DNA from: an uncultured SAR86 cluster bacterium
Lineage (GTDB): Bacteria > Pseudomonadota > Gammaproteobacteria > Magnimaribacterales > D2472
DNA length: 64,000 bases
Direction of reading: 5' to 3'
Assembly (NCBI GenBank): GCA_902541365.1
Contig: CACBQK010000001.1
Span: 165,851 to 229,850 of the forward strand
In this document: piece by piece, positions 1 through 10,390 of the stretch
Position numbering within the stretch: position 1 is the stretch's first letter
How the letters are laid out: each line of letters opens with the position of its first letter
Position numbers and translations under genes: made by a program
The notes under the pieces: generated by a model
Database searches by the model: none
Seen by the model: the letters and a program-made list of their open reading frames with translations, nothing else
Told to the model about the DNA's origin: nothing

Positions 1-323
1 CAATAGGATCATTTCAGGCGCTCCAACACAGAGCAGCTGAAATGTTCTGCGAAATTGAATTAACAAAATCAGCTGTTATGGCTGCAATGCAAGGAGCAGA
101 GGAAAATTCAAATGATCTCCAAAGGCTTTCAAGTCTTGCAAAATCAATTGTTGGTGAAACTTCTCATCTTGTAAGCAATGAAGCGGTTCAAATGCACGGC
201 GGTATAGGTGTTACTGATGAGTACGACATAGGTTTTTATCTTAAAAGAGCAAGGGTTGCCGAGACAATTTTGGGGAATTCGACTTTCCATCAGGAAAGAT
301 ATGCTAATCTAACAGGGTTTTAA
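1..323 (+). CDS. acyl-CoA dehydrogenase, C-terminal fragment (5' end outside the window)
   Basis: The frame is open from nt 3 (IGSFQALQHRAAEM...), so the ATG at 42 is internal. GSFQALQH and QMHGGIGVTDEYDIGFYLKRAR are typical ACAD C-terminal domain signatures. Confidence 0.8.
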   Translation, partial: IGSFQALQHRAAEMFCEIELTKSAVMAAMQGAEENSNDLQRLSSLAKSIVGETSHLVSNEAVQMHGGIGVTDEYDIGFYLKRARVAETILGNSTFHQERYANLTGF

Positions 324-341
324 AAGAAAACGGAGGTATCC

Positions 342-1226
342 GTGAGAACAATAAAATCTTTTTTAATTGGAATAATTACATTTATTAATATAGCTATAAT
401 CTTATTTATTGGCTTTGGAACATTAACAGTAATTAACTCTCCAAGAATAATTATTAAATACCGCCCTTTCAAAAGATCTCTTCATAAGTTTTCAAATTTA
501 ATTGGGGATCTTACCGTTAAATCTTTAGCGATCTCTATTCAATTCCTTCATCAAAAAAGATGGGAGTTCATAATTGAAAATGAAGTATCAATGGATGAAT
601 GGTATTTAGCTACTTCAAATCATGCATCATGGGGTGATGTCTTCTGTGTTTTAGCAGCAACAAATTTTAAAGCCCCTTTGTTTAAAATATTTATGAAGAA
701 AGATCTTTGGTGGCTACCGCCAGTATTTCTTGCAAATGTTACTCTTAATATGCCCTTCGTGAATAGACATTCGAAGCAACAATTAGAAAAAAATCCAAAT
801 TTAAGAAAACTTGATTACCAGAATACTATTGCATCATGCAAAAGATTTGAAAGACAGCCAACAACTATATTTAGCTTTGCTGAGGGCACCAGAAATAATC
901 CAAAAAAACATGCTGAGCAAAATTCTCCATATAAAAATTTACTTGCGCCAAAGATAGGTGGTATTGCATTAGGCCTATCTGCTGTTCCTAAAATCGATTA
1001 TCTCTTGGACTTCACAATTGTATATAAATCAAAGAAAAGATCATTTTGGGATTTTTGTATTGGTGATCTATCAGATGTAAAGGTTTTTGTGAAAAAGTTA
1101 AGGATTCCGGAAAGTTTAAAAAGAAGAGATTATCTCAATGATCCTTCTTATAGAACTGAGTTTCGGGATTGGCTTGACAATGTTTGGGTTGAAAAAGACA
1201 AGCTTATAGATTCAGTTAATTTCTAG
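342..1226 (+). CDS. PlsC-family (lysophospholipid/glycerolipid) acyltransferase, membrane anchored
   Basis: GTG start. N-terminal TM helix. HX4D catalytic box (NHASWGDV) and FAEGTR box, both typical of 1-acyl-glycerol-3-phosphate acyltransferase-like enzymes. Confidence 0.7.
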   Translation: MRTIKSFLIGIITFINIAIILFIGFGTLTVINSPRIIIKYRPFKRSLHKFSNLIGDLTVKSLAISIQFLHQKRWEFIIENEVSMDEWYLATSNHASWGDVFCVLAATNFKAPLFKIFMKKDLWWLPPVFLANVTLNMPFVNRHSKQQLEKNPNLRKLDYQNTIASCKRFERQPTTIFSFAEGTRNNPKKHAEQNSPYKNLLAPKIGGIALGLSAVPKIDYLLDFTIVYKSKKRSFWDFCIGDLSDVKVFVKKLRIPESLKRRDYLNDPSYRTEFRDWLDNVWVEKDKLIDSVNF

Positions 1227-1694
1227 GGCTTCCTTCGAAACCAACCATCCATTCTTATCTGCATATAGCCAAGAATCTTCACTTAAAATAACACCACCAA
1301 AAATAACATCTTCTCCAAGAAAGCCTTTATTGTTTTTGTTTGTCTTAGTTGTCGTTGATCCAAGGGCCAAGATGCCTAAATCCATCTGCTTAAGGAGCTC
1401 AACATCTCTCACGTACCCAGCAACAAAAATTCCATTCCATTCATTATCAATAGCTTTTTGAGCAATTTCATCTCCAATCATTGCCACATGTGTTATCAAA
1501 TTTGAGTTAATGACTAGCACTTTTCCCTTACCATTAGTGCCGAGTATTTCCTTCACTTTAGAATTATCATCGTGACAGGTAACAGTTTTAATTTGTCCAA
1601 AAAAGGAGTCTCTATTTCCAAAAGATTTCATTGATTCAAATCCTTGAAAAACTTTTTTTTGATACTTATCTTTGAGATCTGGAGTTGAAAACAT
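1212..1694 (-). CDS. rraA: RraA family protein (RNase E regulator / 4-hydroxy-4-methyl-2-oxoglutarate aldolase fold)
   Basis: 160 aa. The GDEIAQKA...GIFVAGYVRDV...LALG pattern matches the RraA/MenG-like family. The 3' end overlaps the convergent acyltransferase by 15 nt. Confidence 0.7.
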   Translation of the reverse strand: MFSTPDLKDKYQKKVFQGFESMKSFGNRDSFFGQIKTVTCHDDNSKVKEILGTNGKGKVLVINSNLITHVAMIGDEIAQKAIDNEWNGIFVAGYVRDVELLKQMDLGILALGSTTTKTNKNNKGFLGEDVIFGGVILSEDSWLYADKNGWLVSKEALEIN

Positions 1695-1772
1695 TTTTAA
1701 ATTATTACTGTTTTATATTTTCCATGCAAATAAAAAACTGAGTTAAAATAAATTCTAAAAATAGGGAAAAAA

Positions 1773-2927
1773 ATGAAATCACAAATTTGCGAATTATTAA
1801 ATATAGAGTTTCCAATGGTTGCTTTTAGTCATTGTAGAGATGTTGTTGCTGCTGTTTCAAAAGCTGGAGGTATGGGAGTTTTAGGAGCTGTCGGACTTTC
1901 TCCAGAAAAGCTTGAGATTGAACTTAATTGGATAGATGAGCATGTTGATGGCAAACCATACGGTGTGGATGTCCTTGTACCTAATTCTTACATTGGTAAA
2001 GGTGAAAACTTAACTACAGATGATCTTAGAGCCATGATTCCTCAAGAACATAGGGAATTTAGAGCTGATGTTCTAGAAAAACATGATATTGAAGCAAATG
2101 ATTTGAGGTCTGATGCAGGCTCTCAAAGAACCGAGCAAAATTCTAACCAAGTCCTCGGAGCTGGCCTAGATGGAGCCAAAGAAGTGCTTGAAGTTGCTTT
2201 TTCACACCCTATTGGCCTTGTTGCAAATGCCCTTGGAGTCCCACCAAAATGGATGCTTGATATGGGCAAAGAACACAATGTTCCTGTTGCTGCGCTAATT
2301 GGTGCAAAACAACATGCAGTTAAGCAAGTTGAGGCTGGTGTCGACATTATTGTGGTATCAGGCACAGAAGGAGGTGGTCATTGTGGAAGCGTTTCAACAA
2401 TGGTCCTTGTTCCTGAAGTAAGAAGAGCACTAAAACCTTATGGAGATGTTCCAATTCTTGCCGCTGGAGGAATCTGCACTGGAGAACAAATGGCAGGAGT
2501 TATGGCAATGGGTGCTGATGGAGTGTGGTGCGCATCTGTATTTCTTCCAACAACAGAAGCTGAAACATCTGATAATGTTAAAGAAAAAATGATTGCTGCA
2601 TCATCAAGTCACACAGTTAGATCAAAAAGCAGAACTGGGAAGCATTCTAGACAGTTAAAATCTCCATGGGTTGATGCGTGGGAATCAAAAGATGCACCAG
2701 AGCCTCTTCCTATGCCTCTTCAAACTATGGTAAGTGAGCCCGCTCTCAAAAAAGTTGCTGATCAAGCAGCAATTGGTCATGAAGGTGCAAAACAACTTGA
2801 AACCTACTGGGTTGGTCAAGGAATTGGACTGGTAAATGAAACCTTAAGCGCTGGGCAAACTGTTCAAAAGTTTAAAGAGGAATTTGTTGAGTCTTATGAA
2901 AGAGTTAATGGTTTCTTTTCAGACTAA
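1773..2927 (+). CDS. nitronate monooxygenase (NMO / 2-nitropropane dioxygenase family, FMN TIM barrel)
   Basis: The N-terminus ICELLNIEFPMVAFSH, plus GVDIIVVSGTEGGGH and LAAGGI, are characteristic NMO motifs. Confidence 0.75.
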   Translation: MKSQICELLNIEFPMVAFSHCRDVVAAVSKAGGMGVLGAVGLSPEKLEIELNWIDEHVDGKPYGVDVLVPNSYIGKGENLTTDDLRAMIPQEHREFRADVLEKHDIEANDLRSDAGSQRTEQNSNQVLGAGLDGAKEVLEVAFSHPIGLVANALGVPPKWMLDMGKEHNVPVAALIGAKQHAVKQVEAGVDIIVVSGTEGGGHCGSVSTMVLVPEVRRALKPYGDVPILAAGGICTGEQMAGVMAMGADGVWCASVFLPTTEAETSDNVKEKMIAASSSHTVRSKSRTGKHSRQLKSPWVDAWESKDAPEPLPMPLQTMVSEPALKKVADQAAIGHEGAKQLETYWVGQGIGLVNETLSAGQTVQKFKEEFVESYERVNGFFSD

Positions 2928-2948
2928 ATAAATAATTGGATCAGTTAA

Positions 2949-4889
2949 TTGATAGGCATTAAGAGCATATTTAAATATATATTTTATTTGCTGCTTTCAC
3001 TGCTGATAATTCTTTTAGTTCTTCTTTTTTTCAAACTTATAAAGCCTGTTGAGAAAATAAAAATAAATAGGGCCTTATCAGGAGAAGTTAATACCTTAAC
3101 TATAGACGGGCAAGAATTTAGAGACCTAAATAAGAATGGGCAATTAGATATTTATGAAGATCATAGAAATTTACCAGTTGATCGTGCCAATGATCTTTTA
3201 AGAAAAATGACTCTTGAGGAGAAAGTTGGTCAAATGTTTCACCCTCCTTTTATTCTCAAACCAGATTTATTGATGTTCCTTTATGAAATTGCAATAAGAG
3301 GGAATTCATCAACGGAATCACAAATAATTTTTGATCATATTACTCATTTCAATCTTTATGGAAATCCTAGTCCAGTTGAGTTAGCAAAGAAGATAAATTC
3401 TCTTCAAAAAACTGCATCAAAATCAAGATTAGGTATCCCAATAACAATCAGCTCAGATCCTATTCATGAAGTTCCAAAAGGTGGAGGTGTAGCATCTTTT
3501 TCTGTTGATGGTTTCTCAAAGTGGCCATCTCAATTAGGATTTGCTGCAACATCAAACCCAAAAATAATTAGAGAATTCGCAGAAATTGTTAGGGATGAGT
3601 ACTTAGCTGTAGGCATAAGAACAGCTTTACATCCAATGTCAGATCTAGCCACTGAACCAAGATGGGCTAGAAACTTTGGCACCTTTGGGTCAAATGCTGA
3701 GATGTCTTCAAAAATGACCATCGAATACATGAATGGCTTTCAACAAAACGACATAAGCAATAAAAGCGTTTTGACAATGGTGAAACATTTTCCTGGGGGC
3801 GGACCACAAGAAAATGGACTTGATCCGCACCTTTTTAGCGGAAGAAACCAAATCTACCCAGGTGGTAATTTTGAATATCACTTATTACCCTTCAAAGAGG
3901 CAATAAAGAATAATCTCAAAGTTATTATGCCTTATTATGGCATTCCCATTGGTCAAACAGATGAGAATGTTGCTATGGCTTTCAACAGTTATATTCTCAA
4001 AGATCTTCTAAGAGAAGAGCTTAACTATGATGGAGTAATTTGTTCTGATTGGGGGATTATTACTGGAAGACATTGGGGAGTTGATGAGCTTTCAATTGAA
4101 CAAAGATATGAAAAGTCTATTAAAGCTGGAATCGATCAATACGGAGGAGAAAAGGACACAGACTATTTAATAGATCTCGTAAAAGATGGTCAAATTACAG
4201 AAGTCAGAATTGATGAATCTGTAAGAAGAATTCTTTTAAATAAATTTGAATTAGGTCTTTTTGATAACCCTTATGTAAATGAGGAGCTCGTCCAGTATAA
4301 AGTCAATACACAAGATAATATCGAAGCTGGCTTAGAGGCCCAGAGAAAATCGATAGTTCTGCTAGAAAATAATGGGATATTACCCATAAAAAAAGGATCA
4401 AAAATATTTGTCGATGGTTTAAGCGAAGAAGAAGCAAGAGAATTTGGTGAATTAGTAAAGGATCCAGATGATGCCGATGCAGTTATTATGTATATTCACA
4501 CTGTATTTAATGGGAATCAAGAATCTGGATTAAATAGAGCTTTTGATAACTTTCTAAGTACATTGTTTCCGAATGGAGACTTAAATTTTAATAAAGAAAT
4601 AAATAAAAAAATTGAAGCCTATTCAAATGAAAAGAAGCTAATTGTAGTTGTAGATCTTAATAGACCAGCTATTCTTAAAAGTATCAAGGAAAGCTCATCT
4701 GGTTTAATTGGAACTTTTGGTGTTCAAGATCGGATAATTTTTGAGGGACTGTTTGGAGAATTTAATCCGTCAGGTAAATTACCTTTTGAAATACCATCCT
4801 CAATGGAATCAGTACTTAATCAAAAGGAAGACTTACCAGATGACTCTGCAAACCCAACTTATGAATTTGGGTATGGGATTTCTTATTAA
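2949..4889 (+). CDS. glycoside hydrolase family 3 (beta-glucosidase/BglX-like), N-terminal membrane anchor
   Basis: TTG start. Hydrophobic N-terminus, LEEKVGQMF, KHFPGGGP and the nucleophile region GVICSDWG. Two-domain GH3 length (646 aa). Confidence 0.75.
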   Translation: MIGIKSIFKYIFYLLLSLLIILLVLLFFKLIKPVEKIKINRALSGEVNTLTIDGQEFRDLNKNGQLDIYEDHRNLPVDRANDLLRKMTLEEKVGQMFHPPFILKPDLLMFLYEIAIRGNSSTESQIIFDHITHFNLYGNPSPVELAKKINSLQKTASKSRLGIPITISSDPIHEVPKGGGVASFSVDGFSKWPSQLGFAATSNPKIIREFAEIVRDEYLAVGIRTALHPMSDLATEPRWARNFGTFGSNAEMSSKMTIEYMNGFQQNDISNKSVLTMVKHFPGGGPQENGLDPHLFSGRNQIYPGGNFEYHLLPFKEAIKNNLKVIMPYYGIPIGQTDENVAMAFNSYILKDLLREELNYDGVICSDWGIITGRHWGVDELSIEQRYEKSIKAGIDQYGGEKDTDYLIDLVKDGQITEVRIDESVRRILLNKFELGLFDNPYVNEELVQYKVNTQDNIEAGLEAQRKSIVLLENNGILPIKKGSKIFVDGLSEEEAREFGELVKDPDDADAVIMYIHTVFNGNQESGLNRAFDNFLSTLFPNGDLNFNKEINKKIEAYSNEKKLIVVVDLNRPAILKSIKESSSGLIGTFGVQDRIIFEGLFGEFNPSGKLPFEIPSSMESVLNQKEDLPDDSANPTYEFGYGISY

Positions 4890-6145
4890 ATAGAACCTTT
4901 TCTAGGAACAAATTCTAAAACGGTTGCATTTATACAATATCTTGGCAACCCATTTGGGCCATCATCAAAAACATGACCTAGATGAATGTCGGAGGATACA
5001 GATCGAATTTCAGTTCTACGCATGCCGTAACTATTATCAGGTTTTTCATAAACTGAGCCCTCTACTGGTCTTGTAAATGAAAGCCATCCCGATCTTGATA
5101 CGAATCGATCTCTAGTATCAAATAGAGGATCTCCGCTTAGCTTATCTATAAATATGCCATCAGGAGTATTTTTAAAGATTTCATATTCCTTACAAAATCT
5201 TGCATCAGTCCCATTATTAAATGCAACATCATATGCTTCTGTGTCTCCTAATTTGAATTTTCCAAGTATCAAATAGAAATCTTTTCGATCAATATAGCCT
5301 TGATGTGAAAAAACCTCTTTACCATCTTCTAAGAAGATTACAGATGGAGTTGCCCAAGTGGGAGCATTAATTTCTAAGTCATGCAATTGATCCGATGTTC
5401 TATAAGACATCGGAATGCTTCCTTTGTATTCATTAGTTACATCAAGCTTTAATTTCTCACAATAGGGACAATAATTTTGCGAGTCCAGGATCAATATTTG
5501 CTTACCGATAAGCAGATCTTGATTATCTAAAATATCTTTTTCTTTTTCATTGAATACAACACCAGTTGATAAGTCTGGACAATAACCATTAGGATTTTTC
5601 TTTAAATAATCCTGATGGTAGTTTTCAGCTAAATAAAAGTTGTCTAATGGCTCTATAAGGGTAACTACTCTCCCATAACCCGCTTCAAAAAGAAGAGATT
5701 GATACTCATTCAAAATATCTTGAGCAAGTTTTCGTTGAGTTTCATTCGAGAATAGGATCACTGATCTATACTGAGTTCCAATATCATTTCCTTGTCTATT
5801 AAGCTGTGTTGGATCATGGGTTTCAAAGAAATGTTTTAGAATTTCATCAAGTGAAATTGCATTGCTGTTAAAGGTTACTTTTACCACCTCTGCAAAATTA
5901 TTTTCATTATATTTGTTCTTAAGCTGGATGATAGATCTATAATTTGGATTTACTCCATACCCATTCGCATAACCTGAAACTGCATCAATAACTCCATCAA
6001 GGGATTCATATCCCTTTTCAGCGCCCCAAAAACAACCTGAACCAAGATGAATGGTTTGAATATGATTAGTTTTATTTGCATATACAAAAGAGTTTGCAAA
6101 TAGGATAAGTGAGAAAAAAGTAACTAATCTAAGTTTCAGGTTCAT
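4886..6145 (-). CDS. msrAB: secreted methionine sulfoxide reductase fusion MsrA - CPYC thioredoxin/glutaredoxin-like module - MsrB
   Basis: Signal peptide. MsrA active site GSGCFWGAE. Central fold with CPYC and a cis-Pro ATPS. C-terminal MsrB with GWLSF, HLGHVFDDGP and RYCIN. Confidence 0.8.
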   Translation of the reverse strand: MNLKLRLVTFFSLILFANSFVYANKTNHIQTIHLGSGCFWGAEKGYESLDGVIDAVSGYANGYGVNPNYRSIIQLKNKYNENNFAEVVKVTFNSNAISLDEILKHFFETHDPTQLNRQGNDIGTQYRSVILFSNETQRKLAQDILNEYQSLLFEAGYGRVVTLIEPLDNFYLAENYHQDYLKKNPNGYCPDLSTGVVFNEKEKDILDNQDLLIGKQILILDSQNYCPYCEKLKLDVTNEYKGSIPMSYRTSDQLHDLEINAPTWATPSVIFLEDGKEVFSHQGYIDRKDFYLILGKFKLGDTEAYDVAFNNGTDARFCKEYEIFKNTPDGIFIDKLSGDPLFDTRDRFVSRSGWLSFTRPVEGSVYEKPDNSYGMRRTEIRSVSSDIHLGHVFDDGPNGLPRYCINATVLEFVPRKGSI

Positions 6146-6752
6146 ATTTAAAGCCTTTGCTTTTTATAAAAGCAGGTCTAGAAAAAAGATTATCTGTCCA
6201 TCGCTTTATATTTGGCTTAAATGCTTGCTCTATTCCTAGAGCTTCAGCAAGGTTTATTGCATAACTGACACATATATCAGCCAAGGTAAAACGGTTTGAA
6301 CACAAATACTCTCTGTTATCTAGGGTTTTTTCTAAAAGTTTCAACCTTGAAACAAACCATCTGCTATATCCCTCTACTGCAGCGTCAGCAATCCCTGGCT
6401 CTTGGAGTTTATATCTTAGAACAACAGTTTGTGGAAATGTCAGAGTAGCATCAGAATGAAATAACCAATTTAAGTAATTTGGGTAATCATCCTCGTCAGG
6501 CGTAACTTGAAGATCGCTTGGACCATATTTTTCTACTAAGTATTGAGAAATTGCAACAGATTCAGTCATTTTTACAGATCCATCAACCATGAATGGAACA
6601 GTACCAAGTATGTTGGTTTCTAGATATTCTTTCATAAAAACTCTTGGTGGAAATGGCATCATTATCAACTCATAATCTAATCCCATTTCTTCTGCTGTCC
6701 AAATTGGTCTAACTCCTCTTGAATTCTCACAACTATAAATTTTTATTGCCAT
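6129..6752 (-). CDS. glutathione S-transferase
   Basis: 207 aa. N-terminal thioredoxin-like part (GTVPFMVDG...ESVAISQYL) and a helical C-domain (FTLADI). Typical GST layout. Confidence 0.7.
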   Translation of the reverse strand: MAIKIYSCENSRGVRPIWTAEEMGLDYELIMMPFPPRVFMKEYLETNILGTVPFMVDGSVKMTESVAISQYLVEKYGPSDLQVTPDEDDYPNYLNWLFHSDATLTFPQTVVLRYKLQEPGIADAAVEGYSRWFVSRLKLLEKTLDNREYLCSNRFTLADICVSYAINLAEALGIEQAFKPNIKRWTDNLFSRPAFIKSKGFKYEPET

Positions 6753-6807
6753 CTTAATTTCCTTATTTTTACTATTGTTAATATAATATCATCTCCCAAA
6801 TTGCATT

Positions 6808-8466
6808 ATGAAAAATAAGAATTTAGCCCCCATTTTGAAATCAAACATTGATCAAAACTCCTCACAATTTCAAGAAAATAAAGAGGTAATGCTTAATAAA
6901 TTGGAATTTCTAGATGGCCTTCTAGATCAAGTAGAGCTTGGTGGAGGTAAACATCATCACGAAAGATTGGCAAAAAGAGGAAAAATGCCTGTCAGGGAAA
7001 GAGTAATGAAAGTCCTAGATCCTGATACGCCATTTCTTGAGATTAGCCCTTTTGCAGCATATGGCACTGACTATATAGTTGGTGGTGGTTGCGTTAGCGG
7101 AGTTGGAGTTATTGCAGGTGTTGAGTGTGTAGTATTTGCTAATGATCCATCTGTTAAAGCTGGAGCAATGACAGTTTATGTTGGTGAAAAATGGGCGAGA
7201 GCAATTGAGATAGCAAGAGTTAATCAAATTCCATTCATAAGTTTTGTTGAGTCTGCTGGTGGAGATCTGAGTATGGGAACCGGTAGTAAAAGTGGGCAGG
7301 CTCCTATAGCGCCTACACTTCATACAACTCATTTTGCTGCCACGGGAAGATTCTTTTATGAGATGACCGAGCTGTCAAAATTACGTATTCCGGTCATTTC
7401 TGTTGTTTTTGGGTCATCTACTGCTGGCGGTGCATATCAACCAGGAATGTCAGATTACAATATTTTTATAAAAGACCAATCAAAAGTATTCCTTGCTGGA
7501 CCTCCTCTAGTAAAAATGGCCACTGGAGAAGAGTCTGATGATGAAACTCTTGGAGGTGCAAAAATGCATTCAGAAACCTCCGGCTTATCAGACTATCTTG
7601 CTGAGGATGAGATGGATGCACTTAGGATTTGTAGAGAGGTTGTTTCACACCTTAATTGGGAGAAGAAAGGCATTGGTCCAATAAAAGAATCTAAAAGTCC
7701 TAAATATGATCAAGATGATCTTCTAGGATTGATAAGCGAGGATTTGAAGTCTCCCGTTGATATAAGAGAGATTATTTCTAGAGTAACCGACGGTTCACAA
7801 TTTGAGGAATTCAAGCCTCTTTATGGTCAAACTATGATTTGTGGATGGGCTTGTATTCACGGCTATCAAGTTGGTGTGCTAGGTAATAATGGCCCAATTT
7901 ATCCAGAATGTGCTGAAAAGGCAGCTAGCTTCATTCAGTTATGCAACAAAAGAGATATACCGTTGATCTTCTTACAAAATGTAACAGGTTTCTTGGTAGG
8001 TAAGGATTTTGAAAGGCAGGCAATCATTAAAAAAGGTTCGCAAATGATAAATGCTGTATCAAATTCAACAGTTCCTCATATTACCATAATTGTTGGTGCT
8101 TCCTATGGTGCAGGAACTTATGCAATGTCTGGAAGAGCATACAACAATCGTTTTACCTTTTTGTGGCCGACTGCAAAAATTGCTGTGATGGGCCCAGAGC
8201 AAATCGCAGGAGTAATGTCTATAGTCAGGAAAGCAAAAGCAATGAGGACTGGCGAGAAGTTTGATGAAAAAGCAGATGCAGAAATTGTAAAGATGGTTGA
8301 AGACGCTGCAGAGAGAATGTCACATGCTTTAGTAGCAAGCAGTATGCTAACAGATGATGGAATAATTGATCCAAGAGATACCAGAAAGATAATTGCTTTT
8401 TGTTTATCAATTTGTAACAACACTCCAATAGAGGGTGCCAAAGAGTATGGAGTGTTTAGGTTGTAA
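6808..8466 (+). CDS. acyl-CoA carboxylase carboxyltransferase (beta) subunit, methylcrotonyl-/geranyl-CoA carboxylase type
   Basis: 552 aa. RGKMPVRERVMKVLDPDTPFLEISPFA and a duplicated crotonase-like CT fold. Immediately followed by the biotin carboxylase subunit. Confidence 0.85.
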   Translation: MKNKNLAPILKSNIDQNSSQFQENKEVMLNKLEFLDGLLDQVELGGGKHHHERLAKRGKMPVRERVMKVLDPDTPFLEISPFAAYGTDYIVGGGCVSGVGVIAGVECVVFANDPSVKAGAMTVYVGEKWARAIEIARVNQIPFISFVESAGGDLSMGTGSKSGQAPIAPTLHTTHFAATGRFFYEMTELSKLRIPVISVVFGSSTAGGAYQPGMSDYNIFIKDQSKVFLAGPPLVKMATGEESDDETLGGAKMHSETSGLSDYLAEDEMDALRICREVVSHLNWEKKGIGPIKESKSPKYDQDDLLGLISEDLKSPVDIREIISRVTDGSQFEEFKPLYGQTMICGWACIHGYQVGVLGNNGPIYPECAEKAASFIQLCNKRDIPLIFLQNVTGFLVGKDFERQAIIKKGSQMINAVSNSTVPHITIIVGASYGAGTYAMSGRAYNNRFTFLWPTAKIAVMGPEQIAGVMSIVRKAKAMRTGEKFDEKADAEIVKMVEDAAERMSHALVASSMLTDDGIIDPRDTRKIIAFCLSICNNTPIEGAKEYGVFRL

Positions 8467-10388
8467 TGTTTGATTCAATTTTAGTTGCAAATAGAGGAGA
8501 AATTGCATTAAGGATAATGAGAACTGCTCAAGCAATGGGCATCCAAACTATTGCAATTTATGTTGACGCAGATAAGGATGCGCCTCATGTTAGGTTTGCT
8601 GATAAAGCAGTACTTCTTCCAGATGGAGGATATCTTGATATAGATGCAGTTTTAGATGCAGCACAAAAAAGTAATGCTGGCGCTATTCATCCAGGATATG
8701 GTTTCTTATCAGAAAATTCTGAATTCGCTAAAAGAGTCACCAAAGAAAAAATTATTTGGGTTGGCCCCTCTCCTAAAGTCATTTCTGTAATGGGCGATAA
8801 ATTAAAAGCTAAAGAGCTTGCTATAAAAGCTGGCGTTCCCACTCTTCCAATGACCTCAGATGAAAAAGAAGTCAAAAAAATTGGATACCCCCTTCTAATA
8901 AAAGCAGCTGCAGGTGGAGGCGGAAAAGGAATGAGAGTAGTTACTGATAAAAAAGATCTACAGGAGTCGCTTGAAGGTGCGAAAAGAGAGGCTTTATCAG
9001 GTTTTGGAGATGAGAGAGTTTTCATCGAAAGATATGTAGAAAAATCTCGACATATAGAAATCCAAATTCTTGGGGACTCTCACGGCAATGTTATTCATCT
9101 TGGTGAAAGAGAATGCTCAATCCAAAGAAGACATCAAAAAATAATTGAGGAGTCTCCATCTCCGAGAATAACTGATGAGATAAGATTCGCAATGGGTAAT
9201 GCAGCAGTTGATCTTGCAAAAAAAATAAAATACCAGTCTGCAGGAACTGTTGAATTTCTTTTTGATGATAAAAGTTGTGAATTTTGGTTCCTAGAGGTCA
9301 ATACAAGACTGCAAGTTGAGCACCCAGTTACGGAAGAAGTTACTGGAATAGATTTAGTAGCTGAACAAATAAAAATTGCTAGAGGTGAAGAGCTACAGTA
9401 CTCGCAAGAGGACATTGAGTGGACAGGGTCCTCAATAGAGGCTCGTCTGTATGCTGAAAATCCAAATAATGATTTTTTACCTGAAACAGGAAAAATGTTT
9501 GCTTACGAACAAGCTGAAAATGATTTTATGACTAGGTGGGATTCTGGCGTTCATAAAGATTCAGTTATTGGTACTAACTTTGATCCAATGCTTGCAAAAG
9601 TTATTTCCTATGGTGAAACAAGGGAGGATGCTGCAAGAGTTTTAGCTAAATCTTTGGAAGATTCTCATATTGGCGGCGTTATTACTAATAAAGATTTTTT
9701 AATTGCAACACTAAGGTCTGATGAGTTTTTAAAAGGAAATACAACAACAGACTTCATAGAGAGAGTTAAACCACCAAGAGTAAAAAACCTTACTAATGAT
9801 GAGCTGAATCTTGCACTAACAGCTGCAGCCATGTGGAAACAAATGAGAAATAGAATCTCTTCAGATATCGCACCTTATATTCCATCCGGATGGACAAATG
9901 GTAGACTTCCGAATCCTAACATTACATTTGTGCTCGATGGTGAAGAAATATTCGTTGAATATAAGTTGATAAATAAAAATAAATTCCTTGTTTTCAATTC
10001 AGAAGTTGAAGTAGTTAATATTGATGATAAATATATAGATCTAGTTTTTGATGGTGTAAGAGTCAAATCTAGAATTTCTGAGGATGCTGAATTTATATTA
10101 GTTCATATCCCTAGCGGTGATGTATCTTTTGAAGTTAAACCTAGATTTTCAATGCCAGGTCTTGAGGTGCAAGCTGGTGGATTGGTTGCTCCAATGCCGG
10201 GCAAAGTAGTCGATTTAAAAGTAAAAAAAGGATCAAAAGTAAAATCTGGAGAGACTCTAGTAATTCTAGAGGCTATGAAAATGGAACATTCTATAAAGGC
10301 AAGTGAAGATGGAGTTATTGCTGATATTTTTATCAAGGAAAATGATCAGGTCGAGAATGGTGCCGTTTTGATGGTGGTTGATTCTTAA
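8466..10388 (+). CDS. acyl-CoA carboxylase alpha subunit (biotin carboxylase + BCCP domain)
   Basis: Biotin carboxylase N-terminus ILVANRGEIALRI, ATP-grasp KAAAGGGGKGMRVV, and a C-terminal biotinylation motif EAMKMEH. The start overlaps the stop of the beta subunit. Confidence 0.9.
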   Translation: MFDSILVANRGEIALRIMRTAQAMGIQTIAIYVDADKDAPHVRFADKAVLLPDGGYLDIDAVLDAAQKSNAGAIHPGYGFLSENSEFAKRVTKEKIIWVGPSPKVISVMGDKLKAKELAIKAGVPTLPMTSDEKEVKKIGYPLLIKAAAGGGGKGMRVVTDKKDLQESLEGAKREALSGFGDERVFIERYVEKSRHIEIQILGDSHGNVIHLGERECSIQRRHQKIIEESPSPRITDEIRFAMGNAAVDLAKKIKYQSAGTVEFLFDDKSCEFWFLEVNTRLQVEHPVTEEVTGIDLVAEQIKIARGEELQYSQEDIEWTGSSIEARLYAENPNNDFLPETGKMFAYEQAENDFMTRWDSGVHKDSVIGTNFDPMLAKVISYGETREDAARVLAKSLEDSHIGGVITNKDFLIATLRSDEFLKGNTTTDFIERVKPPRVKNLTNDELNLALTAAAMWKQMRNRISSDIAPYIPSGWTNGRLPNPNITFVLDGEEIFVEYKLINKNKFLVFNSEVEVVNIDDKYIDLVFDGVRVKSRISEDAEFILVHIPSGDVSFEVKPRFSMPGLEVQAGGLVAPMPGKVVDLKVKKGSKVKSGETLVILEAMKMEHSIKASEDGVIADIFIKENDQVENGAVLMVVDS

Positions 10389-10390
10389 AA

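Noticed and set aside
2123-2365. Numerous 60-140-aa antisense ORFs in the track (e.g. 2123-2365, 7015-7332, 8118-8441, 8687-9025, 13433-13961, 25261-25623, 31992-33366, 38168-38524, 40433-40837, 55051-55353)
   Set aside because: All lie fully inside longer ORFs with clear family signatures on the opposite strand. Their translations are low-complexity (Ser/Ile/Phe/Leu-rich), as expected for AT-rich antisense frames.
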